64,000 bases of DNA from Bacteroidota bacterium (lineage in GTDB: Bacteria; Bacteroidota; Ignavibacteria; SZUA-365): the NCBI GenBank assembly GCA_035362335.1, contig DAOSDL010000013.1, positions 37,686 to 101,685 on the forward strand. The letters are read 5' to 3'. Made by a program: the position numbers and the translations under genes. How positions within the stretch are numbered: the first letter of the stretch is position 1; each line of letters begins with the position of its first letter. The notes below the pieces were generated by a model, which was given only the letters and a program-made list of their open reading frames with translations, was not told the DNA's origin and did not search any database. This document shows, piece after piece, positions 59,249-64,000 of this stretch.

Positions 59249-59647
59249 ACTGGATCTGAACGGAAAAGACTGTGTATGAATGCTTCTTTCAGCCAATTTT
59301 GTAAGGTAAGAAAATCCACCGGACTTTCGGAGCTATGCACAGCTTCCTCGGATGAACATGGATTCACACGGAGGACGAGCTCACTGCTCTCCATCACATC
59401 CGCGCAGTCGAAGCCAGCTTGTTACAGCCACGGTGAGCGAGCGTTGGATTTCTTCTCCGCCGTCAATGTACTCGGCTGCTACCGGGGTTCCACGATACAT
59501 CTGTGATAATCTGAGTGAATTCCGTACAATCTGTGGTTTTGCCCTTCTGTCACATCCACTCCAACAATAATCATAGCACCCGCACCGTTTCATACTCCCG
59601 CGAGTGTCGAAAAAACATGAACGTTTGTACGTATTCGCTCCGATCAT

Positions 59648-60148
59648 TTATCGTTCATCCTCGCGCAGAAGGCTCAGTATCCACCACCGACGGCCGTCGT
59701 AATACAACTGCACGGTGTTGTTGCACGTGCGGAGGGCGAAGGGATCGTCCGGCGCACGCAGAATCACCGAAGTGCTCAGCACCTGCGCCGCATGCCCCAC
59801 CTGTTCGCAGCGCCGCGCGATTTCACGCTCGTAAAAGGACTGCGTCGACATGTACTCCGCCGCCCGGCGTATGAACTCCTCCACGCTCACACTCTCCACT
59901 TCCACGCGCTCTCCGCCCTTCCACAGCACCGTGTGGACGCGTGCCTGCTCGTGAAATAGCGTGCGCAGCCGCTTCCAGTCGCGCGGGGTGCCCGCCGGAC
60001 CCGACAGCGCGCCGTACAGCGCCGCCAACACCCCGTCGATGCTGCGCGTGTCCGAAGCGCGGAAGGATTTGTCCTCGCCTCCCGGCGCCGCCACCGCGTT
60101 CGCCATTGCCACAATCATCAGGAGAACACCACAGGCCACACGTTTCAT
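59648..60148 (-). CDS. Secreted hypothetical protein, NTF2-like/SnoaL-like fold suspected.
   Basis: A signal peptide (MKRVACGVLLMIVAMANAVAA) is present. The C-terminus YYDGRRWWILSLL is typical of NTF2-like proteins. Confidence 0.45.
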   Translation of the reverse strand: MKRVACGVLLMIVAMANAVAAPGGEDKSFRASDTRSIDGVLAALYGALSGPAGTPRDWKRLRTLFHEQARVHTVLWKGGERVEVESVSVEEFIRRAAEYMSTQSFYEREIARRCEQVGHAAQVLSTSVILRAPDDPFALRTCNNTVQLYYDGRRWWILSLLREDER

Positions 60149-60383
60149 ACCCGCAACTCCTTCATTCGACATATCGCAGGGTATTCGTAATTCCTCGAAA
60201 AAAGTTGCCCCAATGGCGGATAAACCACAGAAATCCCTGCGTGCACCGGAGCTTCAGCGCTCGGTCGCGATCCCACACAGCGCGTATGTGCCCGCAGGGA
60301 TTGTCTGGACGCAATTCATGGAAGGATGTATATTGCCTTCCACTCAATGCTTCGTGATCATCCGTGTACGATCCGTGTAATTC

Positions 60384-60833
60384 GTGTTTATCGATCCCAG
60401 CATCATGATCGCTCGTCCACCGTTCGAAGAGTTAGATCACACCGCCGATGTGGGACTGCGCGTGTATGGCGCGGATTTCACCGCACTGTGCGTACATGCG
60501 GCGCGCGGCATGACGCGGCTCATGCTCGATGCCGATGTGCCCGCCGTCGCCTCGGTGAGCGAAACCATTTCCGTAGCCGCCGAAGGCCACGAAGCGGTGT
60601 TGCACGCCTGGCTCAGCGAGCTACTGTATCATTGCACGGTATGCAAACTGCTGCCTGTGGACTTCCAGCCCCGCAACTGCGACGAGCACGGCCTGAGCAT
60701 GGAGTTGCGTTCGGTGCAGGTGGACGAGGCGCTACGGCGCGATATGAGTGAGATCAAAGCAGTAACCTGGCATGCACTGCACGTATGGCGCGACGAGCGC
60801 GGCTGGGTTGCCACGGTGATTTTCGACACCTGA
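60384..60833 (+). CDS. Archease.
   Basis: The archease N-terminal motif FEELDHTADVGLRVYG is present. It sits immediately upstream of rtcB. Confidence 0.8.
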   Translation: MFIDPSIMIARPPFEELDHTADVGLRVYGADFTALCVHAARGMTRLMLDADVPAVASVSETISVAAEGHEAVLHAWLSELLYHCTVCKLLPVDFQPRNCDEHGLSMELRSVQVDEALRRDMSEIKAVTWHALHVWRDERGWVATVIFDT

Positions 60834-60842
60834 GGAAAGGAT

Positions 60843-62285
60843 GTGGCTATGGAAATCCGTCAGCTTTCGCCCACGCTCTGGGAAATCCCCAAACACGGCC
60901 GCATGCGTGTGCCGGGACGGGTGTACGCCAGCGCCGCCATGATGGAAGGCATTCGCAAGGACAAAAGTCTCGAGCAAGTGGCCAATGTGGCGCAACTGCC
61001 GGGCATTGTACGTTACTCCTTGGCCATGCCCGACATTCACTGGGGCTACGGTTTTCCCATCGGCGGAGTATGCGCCACGCATGCGGAGGATGGTGTGATT
61101 TCGCCCGGAGGCGTGGGCTATGATATCAACTGCGGCGTACGATTGCTGGCTACAGGCCTGAACGTCGAGGACGTGCGTCCACGCATGCGGACGCTGGTGG
61201 CCGAACTGTTTCGTCAGGTGCCCACGGGCGTGGGTGCATCCAAAGCCATTCCGAAGCTCGACCGCAAGGAGTTGCGCGCCGTGGCCACGCAGGGCGCGCG
61301 CTGGGCGGTGCGCCGCGGCTTCGGAGACGACCGCGATCTGGATTTTATCGAAGAACACGGCTGCCTGGCCGACGCCGATCCCGAAGCGGTGGCCGAGCGT
61401 CCCTGGGAACGCGGTGCCGATCAGCTCGGCACATTGGGCTCGGGCAATCACTTTCTGGAAATCGGCATGGTGGAGGAAATTTATGACGAGCGCGCCGCCG
61501 CCGTGTTCGGATTGCAGCGCGATGCGGTGGTGCTGCTCATTCATTGCGGATCACGCGGTTTCGGCTATCAGATCTGCGACGATTATCTGGCCGTGACACA
61601 GCGCGCCAGCGAAAAATACGGCATCGCCCTGCCCGACAGGCAACTGGCCTGCGCTCCCCTGCGCAGCGACGAGGGACGCCGCTATCTCGGTGCCATGCGC
61701 TGCGCGGCCAACTACGCCTTCGCAAACCGGCAGATTATCATGCAGCTCGCGCGGCGCGCCTTCGCCGAGGCGCTGCGGCGCGAGGAGAGCGAACTCGGTT
61801 TCCGCCTGATCTACGATATTTGCCATAACATTGCCAAATTCGAGACGCATGAAGTGGACGGCGATCAACTGCGCGTATGCATGCATCGCAAAGGCGCAAC
61901 ACGCGCCTACGGTCCGGGCAATGCGCACATCCCCGAAGTGTACCGTTCCGTGGGTCAACCCGTGCTCATACCCGGCGACATGGGCCGCTACAGCTATCTC
62001 TGTGTAGGCACCGAGCGCGCCATGCGCGAGACCTTCGGTTCGTCCTGCCATGGTGCCGGCAGGCATTTGAGCAGAAAAAAAGCCCTCGACGCCGGCAAGG
62101 GCCGCGATATCGTGGGCGAATTGCGCGAACGCGGCGTGGAAATTCAGGCCACCGGCTTGCGCACCATCGCTGAAGAAATGCCGCAGGCCTACAAGGATGT
62201 GGCCGATGTCGTGGGCGTGATGCACGACGCCGGCATCAGCACCCGCGTGGCACGCTTCAAACCCCTCGGCGTGATCAAGGGCTGA
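60843..62285 (+). CDS. rtcB: RNA-splicing ligase RtcB (3'-phosphate/5'-OH RNA ligase).
   Basis: The characteristic motifs are GVGYDINCGVRLL, GSGNHFLEIG, HCGSRGFG and GSSCHGAGR. Confidence 0.9.
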   Translation: MAMEIRQLSPTLWEIPKHGRMRVPGRVYASAAMMEGIRKDKSLEQVANVAQLPGIVRYSLAMPDIHWGYGFPIGGVCATHAEDGVISPGGVGYDINCGVRLLATGLNVEDVRPRMRTLVAELFRQVPTGVGASKAIPKLDRKELRAVATQGARWAVRRGFGDDRDLDFIEEHGCLADADPEAVAERPWERGADQLGTLGSGNHFLEIGMVEEIYDERAAAVFGLQRDAVVLLIHCGSRGFGYQICDDYLAVTQRASEKYGIALPDRQLACAPLRSDEGRRYLGAMRCAANYAFANRQIIMQLARRAFAEALRREESELGFRLIYDICHNIAKFETHEVDGDQLRVCMHRKGATRAYGPGNAHIPEVYRSVGQPVLIPGDMGRYSYLCVGTERAMRETFGSSCHGAGRHLSRKKALDAGKGRDIVGELRERGVEIQATGLRTIAEEMPQAYKDVADVVGVMHDAGISTRVARFKPLGVIKG

Positions 62286-62560
62286 AGCGGGATTGAGGCG
62301 GGATTGATGACACTAATACCGCGCGAATGTCACGGCTCGCAGGCGAAAGCAGGCACGATGATGTCGACTGCACCGATCCTGCTGCGCGCTCGCTTCGGGT
62401 GAAAGCTTAACAAAAATTAATCCGTGAAATCTGCGGATAATCAGTGGAATCTGCGTTTTTTACACTCCACTTGTGAGGAACGAATTCCAATCCGCAGGCG
62501 TAGAACGAAAATTGTGCCTGCCGAAGAATACAGGACAAGTCTTTTCATAATCGAGGTACT

Positions 62561-63340
62561 GTGATGAAACGCATCCTTCCCCTTCTCATCCTCCCGCTGC
62601 TGCTTGGCATGGCGGCGTGCAGCGACGACGACAGCAACGGGCCGCCGACCACCGGTACGCTCAGCATTCACATGACCGACGCCCCCGCCGATTACGACGC
62701 GGTGCGCATCACCTTCGCCGAAATTTCCGCGCATATCAACGGTGAGTGGGTGGTGGTGAACGGTAATCCCGTAACCGTCAATCTGCTGGAGTGGAATAAC
62801 GGCAAGAGCATCGAAATCGGTCGCAACGAACTTGGTCCGGGCAAGTACACACAAATCCGCCTCATGGTGACCAAGGCCGAAGTGGTGGTCGACGGCGTGA
62901 CGCACAACGTCACCATTCCCAGCGCAGAACAGACCGGCTTGAAGCTCAACGCCAACTTCGACATCGTGGCCGGCTCCACCTACGAGCTGATACTCGATTT
63001 CGATGCGCATCAGAGCATCGTCACCACCGGACCGCCCAGCAATCCCACGGGCTACAAACTCAAACCCGTGATTCGCGTGATCGAGCGCGCACTCACCGGT
63101 TCCGTGTCTGGCAAGGTGTCGCCCATCACCGATCCCGCGGTTGCCATGGCCTTTCAGACCGGCGTGGAAATCACCTCCACTCCGGTGGATCTCAACACCG
63201 GTGTATTCAAACTCGCCTTCCTGCCTCCGGGCACGTACGACATTGCCATCGAGGATATCAACGGCAAGGCCTGGTCAACCTACGATGTGACCGTGGTGGC
63301 CGGCAAGGATACCACTCTCGGCACTGTGCAGTTGCAATAG
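62561..63340 (+). CDS. DUF4382-domain lipoprotein.
   Basis: The lipobox is LLGMAACSDD. The sequence LSIHMTDAPADYDAVRITFAEISAH...IRLMVTKAEVVVDG is typical of DUF4382. Confidence 0.6.
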   Translation: MMKRILPLLILPLLLGMAACSDDDSNGPPTTGTLSIHMTDAPADYDAVRITFAEISAHINGEWVVVNGNPVTVNLLEWNNGKSIEIGRNELGPGKYTQIRLMVTKAEVVVDGVTHNVTIPSAEQTGLKLNANFDIVAGSTYELILDFDAHQSIVTTGPPSNPTGYKLKPVIRVIERALTGSVSGKVSPITDPAVAMAFQTGVEITSTPVDLNTGVFKLAFLPPGTYDIAIEDINGKAWSTYDVTVVAGKDTTLGTVQLQ

Positions 63341-63376
63341 CAGCCATCCGTCACCGGCGGATCGCGTAGACACAGC

Positions 63377-63416
63377 GAGTCCGTGCGCAGCCCTTTGGGG
63401 ACCGGCGCACGGACTC
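63377..63416. terminator. 12-bp perfect inverted repeat (gagtccgtgcgc...gcgcacggactc) between convergent genes; candidate bidirectional terminator.
   Basis: Seen directly in the sequence. It sits between the end of the DUF4382 gene (63340) and the end of the mini-lipoprotein gene (63440). The loop contains cccttt/gggg. Confidence 0.4.
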
Positions 63417-63439
63417 GTGCATTTCTCGCGATTAGAGTG

Positions 63440-63673
63440 CTATTCCTTCACCACCAGATCCATGCCGCACTCGGGACAGCTCCCCGCCTCGGCGTAGGTT
63501 TTCTCGCCTTCGCACTTCATCGGGCAGTAGTACACCGAGGCCTGTTGTTCCTGTTTCACTTCCTTCTTGGACGCATCCCCCGCCGGTGCCTCCTCCTTGC
63601 CGCCCCCGCAGGCAGCAAGACCCAGTCCCAGCAGCAACGTCCCCAGAGCCATCATGCGATATATGCCTTTCAT
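63440..63673 (-). CDS. Mini lipoprotein (77 aa) with a variant heavy-metal-binding domain (CPMKC...CPECGM).
   Basis: The lipobox is LGLGLAACGG. The C-terminus YYCPMKCEGEKTYAEAGSCPECGMDLV resembles the YxCPMHPE...CPxCGM HMBD found at the N-termini of CusB/CopA-like proteins. Confidence 0.5.
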   Translation of the reverse strand: MKGIYRMMALGTLLLGLGLAACGGGKEEAPAGDASKKEVKQEQQASVYYCPMKCEGEKTYAEAGSCPECGMDLVVKE

Positions 63674-64000
63674 GCGCGTATCCTCCATAATCGTTACCAG
63701 GCGATGCCCATCACCGCCGCTTCCGCAGTATGCGAAGCGAAGACTTGGGATGCAAGGGGGAGCTGCTCTGATATCCACGGGTTGCACGGATTTCCCGCAG
63801 ATTCTCACAGCTGGAGGCGATTCGTCCATTGGCATTCTACTTCACAGAAACGTCGAGGTGATGACTGCGCCACGGATTAACCAGGACGGCCAAGGCTCAT
63901 CCATTCGAGTCGCGGCAATCTCCATGCAAGGTTTCCGGAAGTATCGTGCCCTGATGATATCGTATGCGCCACCCAGTAGCAGTGCGTATCCAGATCGAGC

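Noticed and set aside
62287-62307. Tandem direct repeat gcgggattga-g-gcgggattga just after the rtcB stop
   Set aside because: There are only two short copies and no array structure or spacers. It is not a CRISPR or a meaningful satellite and is probably fortuitous.
63880-64000. Possible gene start at the window's 3' edge (atgactgcgccacggattaacc...)
   Set aside because: It is too short and truncated to assess. There is no supporting motif, so it is left unannotated.

Overview
This 64-kb window reads as core chromosome from a high-GC (~65%) bacterium, with most genes on the minus strand. I see no rRNA, tRNA, CRISPR array, transposase/integrase or obvious defence system. Every call below comes from reading the translated ORFs by eye for motifs and family resemblance; no search was run. 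Several features (S46 peptidase lipoproteins, a T9SS/FlgD-Ig-like C-terminal domain, an ExbB-ExbD-ExbD module, a pyruvoyl arginine decarboxylase, lipoboxes with Cys right after the signal peptide) hint at an FCB-superphylum or Gemmatimonadota-like lineage. That placement is inference only.

The gene content, in order: (i) An envelope-glycan operon at 1-10852 on the minus strand: a partial Wzx-like flippase, two GT4 glycosyltransferases, a secreted LmbE/PIG-L deacetylase and a secreted SGNH esterase with a sorting-like C-terminal domain. These are translationally coupled to a BadF/BcrA-type double-ATPase 'CoA-substrate-specific enzyme activase' fusion and an HgdB/D-like 2-hydroxyacyl-CoA-dehydratase-family subunit. 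(ii) A divergent NfeD-stomatin (SPFH) pair. (iii) Two tandem paralogous ~460-aa lipoproteins of unknown function, each with a single BNR/Asp-box. (iv) YihY, PurL, and a lipid-uptake/carboxylase block (SGNH lipoprotein, FadL, BCCP, AccC). (v) MutS2, YqeY, ExbB-ExbD-ExbD, NanE, a Zn-ribbon membrane protein and SecA. (vi) A secreted hypothetical protein divergent from a PBP4/DacB. (vii) The classic rimP-nusA-infB-rbfA-truB-ribF-rpsO-pnp cluster. (viii) smpB-tyrS-pdaD. (ix) A tightly coupled envelope/lipid operon (acyP-ispF-dedA-PAP2-lnt-ltaE-thioesterase). (x) Two tandem S46 dipeptidyl-peptidase lipoproteins. (xi) Archease-RtcB, a DUF4382 lipoprotein and a mini heavy-metal-binding lipoprotein.

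The most likely undescribed elements are the tandem BNR-box lipoprotein pair, the activase/dehydratase pair embedded in a polysaccharide operon, the secreted Asp-rich/CBM9-like protein at 34610-35983, and a structured ~480-nt region with a possible small ORF upstream of secA.
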